Source: Gemmatimonadota bacterium
GTDB taxonomy: Bacteria > Gemmatimonadota > Gemmatimonadetes > Palauibacterales > KS3-K002
Reading direction: 5' to 3'
Length of the DNA: 64,000 nt
NCBI GenBank assembly: GCA_039586795.1
Contig: JBDHJS010000015.1
Coordinates: 78,798-142,797 of the forward strand
A program made the translations under genes and the position numbers. Of this stretch, positions 19,325 through 29,005 are shown piece after piece. Position 1 is the stretch's first letter. Each line of letters starts with the position of its first letter. The notes below the pieces were generated by a model. The model worked only from the letters and a program-made list of their open reading frames with translations, was not told the origin of the DNA and did not search any database.

Positions 19325-20557
19325 ATGAAGAAGCTAGTGATACTGGGTGCAGGGACAGCAGGTACGATGATGGCGGCGAAGATGCGGCGCGCACTGGCGG
19401 CGGATGATTGGGAGATCACGATCATCGACCAGGACGATCGGCACATCTATCAGCCGGGCCTCTTGTTCATTCCGTTCAGTGTCTATCGAGCGCGGGACGT
19501 GATCAAGCCGCGTTCGAGGTACATCCCGCTGGGCGTAGAGTTCATCGTGTCGGAGATCGATGCGATCGAGCCGGACGACAACCGGGTGCGGTTGATGGAT
19601 GGCACGAAGGTGGAGTACGACCTCTTGGTCATCGCCACGGGGAGCCGGATCGTGCCGGAGGAAACGGAAGGGCTAACGGGAACGGGTTGGCAGGAGACGG
19701 CCTTCGACTTCTACACGCTGGAAGGCGCCGTGGCGCTACAGAAGGCGCTCGACCGATTCGAGGGCGGTCGTTTGGTGCTCAACGTGGTCGAGATGCCGAT
19801 AAAATGTCCGATCGCGCCCCTCGAGTTCATCTTTCTGGCGGACGAGTATCTGGCCGAGAAAGGTGTGCGAGACAAGACGGAGATCGTGTACGCGACACCG
19901 CTGGAAGGCGCGTTCACGCGCCCGCGGGCGTCGGCGATGCTGGGCGACATGATCGAGCAGAAGAACATCAAGATCGAGACGCTGTATTCGGCAGGAGAGG
20001 TGGACGGCGAGAAGCGGATCCTGTCGAGCTTTGACGAGCGCGAGATCTCCTACGACATGCTGGTGACGATTCCCACGCACATGGGAAGCGAAACGATAGA
20101 GAGGTCGGGTATGGGTGATCACGTTGCGTTCATTCCGACTGATCCGAACACGCTACGGTCGAAGAACTGGGAGAACATCTTCGTCATCGGCGATGCAACC
20201 GATCTACCAACGTCGAAGGCGGGGTCGGTGGCGCACTTCGAGGGCGAGGTCCTGGAGGAGAATCTACTGCGGTGGATAGATGGGCGATCGCTCATCGATG
20301 AGTTTGACGGACACGCGAACTGCTTCATCGAGACGGGCTACGGCAAGGCGCTCCTGATCGACTTCAACTATGACGTCGAACCGCTGCCCGGGAAGTTCCC
20401 GATGCCCGGGATCGGGCCGCTGAACCTGTTGGGCGAGAGCGAAATGAACCATTGGGGAAAGATGGCGTTCCGCTGGATCTACTGGAACATGTTGCTCAAG
20501 GGTTCTGAGATCCCCGGTATCGAGTCACGCATGTCGATGGCAGGCAAGTGGAGCTAA
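19325..20557 (+). CDS. sqr: Sulfide:quinone oxidoreductase, type III-like
   Basis: GAGTAG FAD motif, HIYQPG, LVIATG, KCPIAP and ANCFIETG cysteine pair, IGDA...PTSKAG. Confidence 0.8.
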   Translation: MKKLVILGAGTAGTMMAAKMRRALAADDWEITIIDQDDRHIYQPGLLFIPFSVYRARDVIKPRSRYIPLGVEFIVSEIDAIEPDDNRVRLMDGTKVEYDLLVIATGSRIVPEETEGLTGTGWQETAFDFYTLEGAVALQKALDRFEGGRLVLNVVEMPIKCPIAPLEFIFLADEYLAEKGVRDKTEIVYATPLEGAFTRPRASAMLGDMIEQKNIKIETLYSAGEVDGEKRILSSFDEREISYDMLVTIPTHMGSETIERSGMGDHVAFIPTDPNTLRSKNWENIFVIGDATDLPTSKAGSVAHFEGEVLEENLLRWIDGRSLIDEFDGHANCFIETGYGKALLIDFNYDVEPLPGKFPMPGIGPLNLLGESEMNHWGKMAFRWIYWNMLLKGSEIPGIESRMSMAGKWS

Positions 20558-20561
20558 GACG

Positions 20562-21074
20562 ATGACGACGATGACATTGAACGAACAGGACGTTGCCGCG
20601 CAGCTGGTCGAAGTCAATAGGAAGTTGGACCGTATCAGCATCGTGGTAGATGATCTCAGCCGCCGGTTGGAGAGCTTCGACGATCTGAAAGAGGACCTGG
20701 TCCCGATCGCTCACGGCGCGCTCACGATTGCGAACAAGAAGCTGCACGAGTTGGAGCAGGAAGGCGTGATAGACTTCGCCGGCGAATCGGTGAACGTGGC
20801 CCGGACGATAGCCACTTCGTTCTCGCGGGAGGACGTGAAGATGCTGGGCGATAACGTGGTGAGCATCTTGAAGACGGTGCGGAACCTGACCCAGCCGGGC
20901 GTGCTGGAAGTGGCAGACAAGGCGGCGACTGCTCTGCGTGGTGCGCCGGCGGAGGCGGAGAAGATCGGGCTGTGGCGGGCGATGCGCGACCCAGAGATCC
21001 GCAAGGGAATGAGCCTGATGCTCGGAGTACTGCGCGAATTTGGCGCCGAGGGTAGCAACGGAAGTAGTCGGTAA
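20562..21074 (+). CDS. DUF1641 domain protein
   Basis: Helical/coiled-coil protein with C-terminal IGLWRAMRDPEIRKGMSLML motif, directly after sqr. Confidence 0.75.
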   Translation: MTTMTLNEQDVAAQLVEVNRKLDRISIVVDDLSRRLESFDDLKEDLVPIAHGALTIANKKLHELEQEGVIDFAGESVNVARTIATSFSREDVKMLGDNVVSILKTVRNLTQPGVLEVADKAATALRGAPAEAEKIGLWRAMRDPEIRKGMSLMLGVLREFGAEGSNGSSR

Positions 21075-21124
21075 CACTGGAAATAGAACTGTGGAAGCAT
21101 AAAGCACGAACGAGGAGAGAGACG

Positions 21125-21442
21125 ATGAGTACGACGACACTAGCGGGAATCGAAGTCGAGGTTAACGAGGATGGGTTCATGTTGAACCCCGATCAGTGGA
21201 CACCGGAGATCGCGGCGGAAATCGCTAGGGAAGCCGGAATCGACCCGCTGACCGACAAGCACTGGGAAGTCATCGATTTTTGCCGACGCGACGCTGCCGA
21301 GAAGGGCGAGCCTCCGGGAGTCCGGCGTATCACGAAGCTGACGGATGTCTCGATGAAAGAGATGTACAAGCTGTTCCCGAAAGGACCCGGGATTCTATCG
21401 GCCAAGATCTCCGGACTGACGAAGCCGAAGAGCTGTATCTGA
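21125..21442 (+). CDS. TusE/DsrC family sulfur-relay protein (single C-terminal Cys)
   Basis: NEDGFMLNPDQWT, LTDKHWEVI, LFPKGP, C-terminal GLTKPKSCI; AGGAG RBS. Confidence 0.88.
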   Translation: MSTTTLAGIEVEVNEDGFMLNPDQWTPEIAAEIAREAGIDPLTDKHWEVIDFCRRDAAEKGEPPGVRRITKLTDVSMKEMYKLFPKGPGILSAKISGLTKPKSCI

Positions 21443-21536
21443 GTTTGATAGAGGTTAATCAGATCACAAGGATAGACAGGGGGTTCGGTAGACCGGGCAG
21501 GTGGGACCGGCTCCCTCCAGGGAAAGACGGAACAAC

Positions 21537-22028
21537 ATGAGTGGAAATGGTAGTGGAAACGGCGCGAACGGTGCGCGCAAAGTCGCGATCATTTGTTCGA
21601 AGGGCAGCTTGGACATGGCGTATCCGGGCCTCATTCTGGCAAATGCAGCCCGCATGATGGGGATCGAGGCAGTTGTGTTCTTTACCTTCTGGGGTCTGGA
21701 TATAATCAGCAAGAAGCGTGTGGACAAGCTGCATGCCGGAATCGTTGGTAACCCGGCGACGCACATGCCGGCCATGCTAGCGGGTCTGCCCGGCATGGAA
21801 TCGCTGGCGACGAAGATGATGAAGAAGAAGATCGATGAGATCGAGATTCCTACGGTCCGCGAGCTGCTCGAGATCCTCGACGACGCCGGTGCGGAGCTGT
21901 ACGGCTGCCAGATGGCGATGGAGATGATGGAGATCGACAAGGATGACCTGGTACCGCAGGTCAAGGACATCATCACCGCGATGGACTTTTTCGAGAAGGC
22001 GGAAGGCGCGCAGACGATCTTTATTTAG
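21537..22028 (+). CDS. DsrE2-like (DsrE/DsrF/DrsH family) sulfurtransferase
   Basis: KVAIICSKGSLD, FFTFWGL, YGCQMAM, C-terminal TIFI. Confidence 0.85.
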   Translation: MSGNGSGNGANGARKVAIICSKGSLDMAYPGLILANAARMMGIEAVVFFTFWGLDIISKKRVDKLHAGIVGNPATHMPAMLAGLPGMESLATKMMKKKIDEIEIPTVRELLEILDDAGAELYGCQMAMEMMEIDKDDLVPQVKDIITAMDFFEKAEGAQTIFI

Positions 22029-22049
22029 TAGTGGAAATTCCGAACTAGA

Positions 22050-22084
22050 GAGCTCGAGGGTCACACAAGGGGACTCTCGAGCTC
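22050..22084 (+). terminator. Stem-loop at the end of the sqr operon
   Basis: gagctcgagggtc/gactctcgagctc 13-bp stem with a weak U tract. Confidence 0.45.
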
Positions 22085-22406
22085 GTCTATGTTGGGGATC
22101 ATCGAAGCGGATTCCCCCATTCGGGAGCCGGGGATTGGCGGGGCTGTGAACGAGCTGGCGGCTGCCTGTCTGGTGTGTCAACTTGGGAACGCCCAGCCCT
22201 GAAACCCGCAACCCCAACCCCCCCCGAATCATCGAACCCTCCACTCCCTATGGTGTACTACCCCTCAGATTGATAGATTTTGCCGTCCCCGTCGGTTCCA
22301 ATCCTTGAACGTTTAGGGAGCTGAGGACATCGCGGAGCTCGCGGTGATCAGCGTACGGCATGAGCGCCGGGCCGGTCCTGCGCCCGGCGGCCCCCGATAG
22401 AGGAAG

Positions 22407-24254
22407 TTGTTTGGCTTGATAAGGAACATTGCCATCATCGCCCACGTCGATCATGGGAAGACGACGTTGGTCGACAAGATGCTGCGGCAGGCCGGCGTTT
22501 TTCGTTCTAATCAGCAGGTTGAGGAGCGAGTTCTTGACTCTAATCCTCTGGAGCGGGAGCGCGGCATAACGATACTGTCGAAGAACACCGCCGTGCGCTG
22601 GGGTGATGTGAAAGTGAACGTGGTTGATACGCCCGGGCACGCCGACTTCGGCGGCGAAGTGGAGCGCATTCTGAGGATGGTGGATGGAGTGCTGCTGTTG
22701 GTGGATGCCGCCGAAGGCCCCATGCCCCAGACTCGGTTTGTGACCCGAAAAGCCCTGGAATTGGGCGTTCAGCCCATTGTGGTCATCAACAAGGTAGACC
22801 GCCATGACGCGCGGCCGCTGGAGGTTCATGACGCCGTGCTCGATCTGTTCATCGAGCTCGATGCGACCGACGCGCAGCTTGATGCTCTCTTTCTTTATGC
22901 GTCAGCTCGGGACGGCTGGGCTAGCTCGTCGGAGGAACAGTTCGGCGGGGACCTCAGACCGCTATTTGATGCGATCGTCGAGCACGTTCCGACGCCCGCC
23001 TGTACGGTAGATGGACCGTTTCAGATGCTGGTGTCGACTATTGACTACTCGCCGTATCTGGGCCGAGTAGCGATCGGTCGAATCGAGCGCGGGGTAGCCG
23101 AGGTGGGCCAGCAAGTGGTGATGTTGTCACCGGGCGAGGCCGGGCTCGCAAGCGAATCGGAAGCTGAAGCCGGGCGGATCGTGAAGTTGTATGGATTCGA
23201 AGGCCTGAAACGAATCGAGATGAGCTCGGCGGAGGCGGGAGACATCGTAGCGATCGCCGGTGTGGATGGTATCGAGATTGGGATGACGCTGACGGACCCG
23301 GGTTCGCTGGAACGCTTGCAGGGAATCGCCGTGGAAGAGCCGACGATATCCGTCGATTTCATGGTGAACAACTCACCTTTTTCTGGGGAGTCGGGCCGGT
23401 TCGTTACCAGTCGCCAGGTGGGCGAGCGGCTGTTCCGTGAGGTGGAGAGCAACGTGGCGCTGAAGGTGGAGGAGACAGCCACGCCGGAAGTGCTTTCCGT
23501 GTCGGGCCGCGGCGAACTGCACCTGGCCATCCTGATGGAAACCATGCGCCGCGAAGGGTACGAATTCCAGGTGAGTCGGCCGCGAGTCATCCTGCGTGAA
23601 AACGGGGACGGCAGGAAGAGCGAGCCATACGAGGAACTTGTGGTGGATGTCCCGGAGAGTATGACGGGCGCTGTGATGAAGAAGCTCGGCCCTCGGCGTG
23701 CGGAGTTGATCGAGATTCGAGCTCCAGGGCAGGGGCGGGCGCGAATGCACTTCAAGATCCCGGCGCGTGGACTCTTCGGGTATCGTTCTGAGTTTCTGAC
23801 CGATACGCGAGGGGAAGGCATCATGCATCACCGTTTCCTCGAGTACGGACCTTGGGCAGGCCCGCTGGAGGGCAGGCTACGCGGGGTACTCGTGGCAGAT
23901 CGCGAGGGCACTACGTCGCCATACGCGCTATTCAACCTTCAGGAGCGAGCGACCATGTTCGTCGGTCCGCGAGAGCGAGCCTACCAGGGGATGATCGTGG
24001 GTGAGAACTCCAGGGTTGGTGACATGGAAGTGAACGTGTCGAAAGAGAAGAAGCTGACGAACATTAGAGCCGCCGCGTCAGATGATAATGTCTTGCTCGA
24101 ACCCCCGCGGCGGATCTCTCTGGAGGCTGCGCTGGAGTATATCGAGGAAGATGAACTGATCGAGATAACACCCGACGCGATTCGACTGCGCAAGCGTGTG
24201 CTGGACTCCAACGAACGCAAGAAAGCTGCCCGCCATTCAAACAAACCCTCCTAA
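22407..24254 (+). CDS. typA: Translational GTPase TypA/BipA
   Basis: [60 protein letters not shown]; start may be TTG 22416. Confidence 0.96.
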   Translation: MFGLIRNIAIIAHVDHGKTTLVDKMLRQAGVFRSNQQVEERVLDSNPLERERGITILSKNTAVRWGDVKVNVVDTPGHADFGGEVERILRMVDGVLLLVDAAEGPMPQTRFVTRKALELGVQPIVVINKVDRHDARPLEVHDAVLDLFIELDATDAQLDALFLYASARDGWASSSEEQFGGDLRPLFDAIVEHVPTPACTVDGPFQMLVSTIDYSPYLGRVAIGRIERGVAEVGQQVVMLSPGEAGLASESEAEAGRIVKLYGFEGLKRIEMSSAEAGDIVAIAGVDGIEIGMTLTDPGSLERLQGIAVEEPTISVDFMVNNSPFSGESGRFVTSRQVGERLFREVESNVALKVEETATPEVLSVSGRGELHLAILMETMRREGYEFQVSRPRVILRENGDGRKSEPYEELVVDVPESMTGAVMKKLGPRRAELIEIRAPGQGRARMHFKIPARGLFGYRSEFLTDTRGEGIMHHRFLEYGPWAGPLEGRLRGVLVADREGTTSPYALFNLQERATMFVGPRERAYQGMIVGENSRVGDMEVNVSKEKKLTNIRAAASDDNVLLEPPRRISLEAALEYIEEDELIEITPDAIRLRKRVLDSNERKKAARHSNKPS

Positions 24255-24267
24255 CGGAACGTCAACT

Positions 24268-25407
24268 GTGAGTACAATAGAGCCACTTGGCATACTTGAA
24301 CTAAAGGACCGATATTCCGGCTTCATTCGTTGTCGCGAAGCCAGCTATCTGCCCTCCGACTGCGATGTACACGTTGGCCGAAAGATGGTCGACAAATACG
24401 ATCTGCGGACGGGCGACGAGATCGCTGGTGAAGTCGGCAAGTCCCCCGGGCGGGGAAAGAGTCCTCCATTGCAGAAGGTCACCGCGATTAACGGCCGTCC
24501 GCCGGAGTCTCTCGATCGACGGCCGCAGTTCAGTCGACTCGGGGCTGTGCACCCAGACGAGCAACTGATCATCGATTGCGGTCGCCAGATGCTCGGAGCT
24601 CCCGACTACACCAATCGCGTCATCGATCTGCTTTGCCCGTTTGGGAAGGGACAGCGGGCGATGATCGTCTCGCCGGCAAAAGCGGGAAAGACGACAGTGC
24701 TCCAGGCCGTGGCGGAAGGTGTCGTGTCGAACTATCCGGACGCGACACTTCTGATCTTACTGGTGGATGAACGGCCGGAGGAAGTCACCGAGATGGAAAT
24801 GTGTGGGTTTGGCGAGGTGGTATCATCGAGCTTCGACTTCCCAGCTGACCGACACGTGGCGCTGGCCGAGCTGACGTTGGAAAGGGCTCGGCGCCGCGTC
24901 GAGATGGGGGAGGACGTCGTCATCATCCTGGATTCGATCACGCGGCTTGCTCGTGCCTACAACACCACGGAGCCGGGTACAGGGCGAACGCTGTCAGGCG
25001 GTCTCGACGCATCGACGCTGGACAAACCAAAACGATTCCTCGGTAGCGCTCGTAAGATCGATCCGGCGAAGGGTGGTGGATCATTGACAATCATATCCAC
25101 CGCGCTGGTCGATACCGGCTCGCGGATGGACGATGTGATCTTCGAGGAGTTCAAGGGAACTGGCAACAGTGAGCTTGTCCTCAGTCGCGAACTCGCGGAT
25201 CGGCGCATTTTCCCGGCCATCGATCTCACGGCCAGCGGCACGCGGCGCGAGGAGTTGCTGCTGTCGCCCGATGCTCTTGCTGTCTCGCAGGCTATTCGAA
25301 ATCGCTTGGCTGATGCTTCACCCGTCGATGCGATGACTGAGTTGCTTGCGGTGATGAAGAAGACGGAGTCGAACGAAGAGCTTGTGAGGCAGGCCAGCGG
25401 GAGTTAA
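24268..25407 (+). CDS. rho: Transcription termination factor Rho, short form lacking the N-terminal helical domain
   Basis: GKGQRAMIVSPAKAGKT, LLVDERPEEVT, LDSITRLARAYN, TALVDTGSRMDDVIFEEFKGTGNSEL. Confidence 0.9.
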   Translation: MSTIEPLGILELKDRYSGFIRCREASYLPSDCDVHVGRKMVDKYDLRTGDEIAGEVGKSPGRGKSPPLQKVTAINGRPPESLDRRPQFSRLGAVHPDEQLIIDCGRQMLGAPDYTNRVIDLLCPFGKGQRAMIVSPAKAGKTTVLQAVAEGVVSNYPDATLLILLVDERPEEVTEMEMCGFGEVVSSSFDFPADRHVALAELTLERARRRVEMGEDVVIILDSITRLARAYNTTEPGTGRTLSGGLDASTLDKPKRFLGSARKIDPAKGGGSLTIISTALVDTGSRMDDVIFEEFKGTGNSELVLSRELADRRIFPAIDLTASGTRREELLLSPDALAVSQAIRNRLADASPVDAMTELLAVMKKTESNEELVRQASGS

Positions 25408-25430
25408 CGCGACGCGATACGTCGTCCAGG

Positions 25431-25589
25431 TGCCCAACAAATAGTACGCCTATTCTGCAACAAGTGCTTTGGTCAGGCTTCGATAACTCGTATCATTCTC
25501 TCATATCCCGCCAACTTGATGCCGACGATACCGTGGGGCAGCTAAAGCTGGAGCCGCTGTTCATGGTTGGCATTAACTACAACTTCTGA
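25431..25589 (+). pseudogene. C-terminal remnant of an outer-membrane protein gene
   Basis: Frame without a good start reads ...LDADDTVGQLKLEPLFMVGINYNF*, a typical final beta-strand, followed by a perfect hairpin. Confidence 0.45.
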
Positions 25590-25596
25590 TCTAGCG

Positions 25597-25623
25597 TGGC
25601 AGGGTGCCGACGGCACCCTGCCA
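25597..25623. terminator. Perfect 12-bp hairpin
   Basis: tggcagggtgcc-gac-ggcaccctgcca; no U tract. Confidence 0.45.
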
Positions 25624-25750
25624 GTCCCTCCTGCCTGTTGGGGCGAAACCGCGAAGCACCCTCTTCTCGTACTGATCATTGAACTCTATATAGATCTGTG
25701 GCCTGACTTCGAGCCGCGGACCCTCGTGCGCCACCCGGGAGGAAATCTCA

Positions 25751-26305
25751 ATGAAGCGTTTGTTGTACTCCGCCATGCTGATTGTATTCGCTACTCCTGC
25801 ATTGGCCCAAGAAGAGACGCTAATATCGCCAGGCGGCATAGAGTCGGGCGGATTTGGTGCTCCCGTAGTTATGGTTAGCCAGGTTGTCGACAACTTTGCT
25901 GTATTCGTGGGCGGCCGTGGAGGCTGGATCATCAACCACACCTTTGTGCTGGGTGCCGGAGGCTACGGGCTGGCCAATGACGTAGATAGTAGCATCAGTG
26001 GCCGCGGGCTCGAGTTCGGCTACGGTGGGCTGGAGCTCGAGTATATCAATAGCTCGAACAAGTTGATCCACTTCACGGTCTATGCTCTGATCGGCGCCGG
26101 CGGACTTGGTGGGACGGCTGTGGCGGAAGAGTCCGTATTCGTGCTTCAGCCGGCACTGAACGGCGAGCTAAACATCACTCGCTATTTCCGCGTGAATATG
26201 GGTGCCGGCTACCGATGGGTCGCGGGTGTCGATCAAGTAGGGTTGAGTGACTCGGACCTCAGCGCGTTCTACGGTCAGATTGCCTTGAAATTCGGGTCGT
26301 TCTGA
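25751..26305 (+). CDS. Small outer-membrane beta-barrel protein
   Basis: GGAGG RBS, signal peptide ALA-Q, Gly/aromatic strands, C-terminal LKFGSF. Confidence 0.75.
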   Translation: MKRLLYSAMLIVFATPALAQEETLISPGGIESGGFGAPVVMVSQVVDNFAVFVGGRGGWIINHTFVLGAGGYGLANDVDSSISGRGLEFGYGGLELEYINSSNKLIHFTVYALIGAGGLGGTAVAEESVFVLQPALNGELNITRYFRVNMGAGYRWVAGVDQVGLSDSDLSAFYGQIALKFGSF

Positions 26306-26338
26306 ACGCACGCATCAGACGACCGGCGAGTGCCGGGC

Positions 26339-26608
26339 TCAAGGCACGGTGGCGCGAGCACGGATGAACGTCGCCAACTCCGGCACCGGTTCGTACCAGT
26401 CGCCATTGATATGGGCGCTGGAGAAGGTGGCCCGCAGCTCGTTAGCGAGCTTGCTCGCATTCGTTGCCGGGATGACACCGAGCAGCTTCAGCTGGGTCGG
26501 GTTGCCCAGCTGAAGCTGACTCAGCTTTTTATTAAGGCGGCGCGCGCCGGTCACGCCAAACGAGATCTCGCCGCCGCGGGTATCCTGTACGAAGTAGAGG
26601 ACTTTCAT
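26339..26608 (-). CDS. T5orf172/MUG113-like GIY-YIG domain protein, apparently degenerate
   Basis: VLYFVQ...ISFGVT...LQLGNPTQLKLLGVIP...HINGDWY matches the family pattern (VYFIQ, IKIG, LQTGNP, GEWF). Confidence 0.65.
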   Translation of the reverse strand: MKVLYFVQDTRGGEISFGVTGARRLNKKLSQLQLGNPTQLKLLGVIPATNASKLANELRATFSSAHINGDWYEPVPELATFIRARATVP

Positions 26609-26810
26609 TTCAGAGCCGGGTTAATTTCTCCATTCCACAGCACATCCTGAGACCTAAAGCTCCCGCGGGCAAGGCGCGTTTTGGGATATCGAGCCCCCCG
26701 AACGAAAAGGGCCTCCCAGGCGTTGTCATATGGGTGGAATAGGGGCGCGCTTGCCTGTTCCGGGTTGCCGTGCCAGACTGGGAGCTTCTGTCGACCGGAA
26801 TCGAGGGGTG

Positions 26811-27959
26811 ATGTCGGACCGAATCCATTTGCTGTTGTTGACCGCGCTGGCACTCGGCTGCGCCGACGGTCGTGCCGGTGACTCACAGGTTCCCGAGGCT
26901 TTCGCACACGCGGGCGGTATCTCGGACGCCGAGTTCGCCGAACTGGTGGAGCGATTGTCTGAACCTGGCGGCTATTTCGATACGGACAACCTCATCTCGA
27001 ACGAGACTTCTTATTTGCACGTTGTGGGGAAGTTGCACGAACTGAGTGTCAGTGGTGGCGCCTACATCGGTGTTGGCCCGGACCAGAACTTTTCCTATAT
27101 GAAGGAGATTCGGCCGGAGATCGCCTTCATCGTAGACATTCGCCGAGACAATCTGCTTCAGCATCTCATGTTCAAGGCGATGTTTGAGCTTGCCGACAAC
27201 CGGATCGAGTACCTCTGTCTGCTCTTTGCGCGACCGCTGCCGGAAGATGTTGGAGTCTTCAGAAAGCAACCTGCCCAAAGCCTTGTCGACTATATAGACA
27301 GTACTACGCCAAGTGCTGACCTCAGAGAAGAAGTCATGGCCCGAGTGGCATCGACGGTAGCCGCGTTCGCCTTGCCTCTGACTGATCAGGATGTGAACAC
27401 GGTACGTCGCTTTCATTCCACATTCATCGATGAAGGGTTGGGCCTGCGATTCCGGAGCCACGGTCGTCGGCCGAACAGGCACTATCCCACGTACCGACAA
27501 CTGCTCTTGGAAACGGATCTGGCGGGAAGACAGGCGAACTATCTGGCTGAGGAGGCCAGCTTTCAGTACCTGAAGCAGATGCAGGAGCGAAATCTGGTCA
27601 TCCCTGTGGTGGGCGACCTGGCGGGGGACCATGCACTAGTGGCCGTTGGAGGCGAGATCTCGAAGCGCGGTAAAGTGATATCGGCGTTCTATACCTCAAA
27701 CGTCGAGTACTATTTGGTTCAGGATCGATCTTTTCACAAGTACGCGCACGCTGTGGGGAGACTACCGTATGACAGTGCGAGCGTAATCATCCGCAGCTTC
27801 TTTGCTGCCAGATACGCCTACCAGCATCCTCAGGCGGTGCCCGGTTATCACAGCGTGCAACTGCTACAGCAGATGGCAACTTTCATTGACGACTACGAGG
27901 CGGATCGCTACCGTAGTTACTTGGAACTCGTGTCGCTGAATGCCATCGATCTGAAATGA
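26811..27959 (+). CDS. Hypothetical lipoprotein
   Basis: Lipobox ALGC-A, GAGGGG RBS; FDTDNLISNE, GAYIGVGPDQNFSY and FYTSNVEYYL segments. Confidence 0.7.
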   Translation: MSDRIHLLLLTALALGCADGRAGDSQVPEAFAHAGGISDAEFAELVERLSEPGGYFDTDNLISNETSYLHVVGKLHELSVSGGAYIGVGPDQNFSYMKEIRPEIAFIVDIRRDNLLQHLMFKAMFELADNRIEYLCLLFARPLPEDVGVFRKQPAQSLVDYIDSTTPSADLREEVMARVASTVAAFALPLTDQDVNTVRRFHSTFIDEGLGLRFRSHGRRPNRHYPTYRQLLLETDLAGRQANYLAEEASFQYLKQMQERNLVIPVVGDLAGDHALVAVGGEISKRGKVISAFYTSNVEYYLVQDRSFHKYAHAVGRLPYDSASVIIRSFFAARYAYQHPQAVPGYHSVQLLQQMATFIDDYEADRYRSYLELVSLNAIDLK

Positions 27960-27996
27960 GAATAGTCCGTGACTAGCAAGCCACTCAGGAGTTGCT

Positions 27997-28461
27997 ATGT
28001 CGATCCAACTCACTAGCTCCGCGTTCGCAGACGGTGAATCGATCCCGGCTCGTTACACGTGTCAGGGCGAGGATGTCTCGCCGCCACTGCTGTGGACCAA
28101 TTTGCCTGAGGGGACAAAGAGCCTGGCCCTGATCTGTGATGACCCTGATGCGCCGGTTGGGACCTGGGTTCACTGGGTAATGTATGATATCCCAGCCGGT
28201 TTCACGGGCCTGACCGAGGGGATCGCGCCGACTGAAGTGACACCCTACGGAGCAAAGCAGGGTGTGAACGACTTTCGGCGGATCGGATATGGTGGACCGT
28301 GCCCGCCGCCGGGCGCTCCTCACAGGTACTTTTTCAAGATCTACGCGCTGGACATCGAGCCCGGCTTCCCGGCTGAAGCGACAAAAGCTGACTTGCTGCG
28401 AGCGATGGAAGGCCACGTTCTGGCCGAAGGTCAGCTGATGGGGATCTACGGAACGGAATAG
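27997..28461 (+). CDS. YbhB/YbcL family (PEBP/Raf kinase inhibitor-like) protein
   Basis: DVSPPLLW, DDPDAP, WVHWV, GYGGPCPP, HRYFF. Confidence 0.93.
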   Translation: MSIQLTSSAFADGESIPARYTCQGEDVSPPLLWTNLPEGTKSLALICDDPDAPVGTWVHWVMYDIPAGFTGLTEGIAPTEVTPYGAKQGVNDFRRIGYGGPCPPPGAPHRYFFKIYALDIEPGFPAEATKADLLRAMEGHVLAEGQLMGIYGTE

Positions 28462-28471
28462 TCGCCACAGG

Positions 28472-29005
28472 TCAGTCGTTCAATACGCGTAAGTACTGGC
28501 GCCAGGGTCCCACCTCAGAACCACAGCTTTTCGCCATCACACGAGCGATCTGAGCGATGTGGCCAAGATCGTGGACGACCCACGTGGCGAGCAGTTGGGC
28601 CGCTGTGACTACTCCGAGCTCGGGGTGAACGCCTGTCAACTCGAGCTGAGACTCTGTCAAACCCAAGTCTTCCAGAACACGCAAGTTCTCGGCGCGCAGT
28701 CGTTCGAACTCGTCAAGCAGGTCCGGCAGGGCCTTTCCGGCGCTCTTCTCGAACTGGGCAAACCGATCGAACGGCTCGAACCGTTGTGCTTCTCCGTGCT
28801 CGAGGATGTTGCGGAGGCGTGGAATCCAGTCGGTTTCTTCGCCGTGGATGAGGTGGCCAACGATATCGTAGGCACTCCAGGTGCCCTCACCCTCCGTCAC
28901 GGTTACCCACGGCTCAGAAAGTTGGGCGAGCAGAGCTCGAAGCGTTCCCGGTGTCGACCGCAGGATCTCGACAGCATGGTCGGTATCGAATTCCATCGGA
29001 CTCAC
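28472..29005 (-). CDS. DinB family protein
   Basis: WSAYDIVGHLIHGE and WVVHDLGHIAQ metal-binding histidines. Confidence 0.88.
   Translation of the reverse strand: MSPMEFDTDHAVEILRSTPGTLRALLAQLSEPWVTVTEGEGTWSAYDIVGHLIHGEETDWIPRLRNILEHGEAQRFEPFDRFAQFEKSAGKALPDLLDEFERLRAENLRVLEDLGLTESQLELTGVHPELGVVTAAQLLATWVVHDLGHIAQIARVMAKSCGSEVGPWRQYLRVLND

Noticed and set aside
21125..22028. Evidence for dissimilatory sulfite reduction (Dsr)
   Set aside because: CysB is absent from the DsrC-like protein and there is no dsrAB in the window
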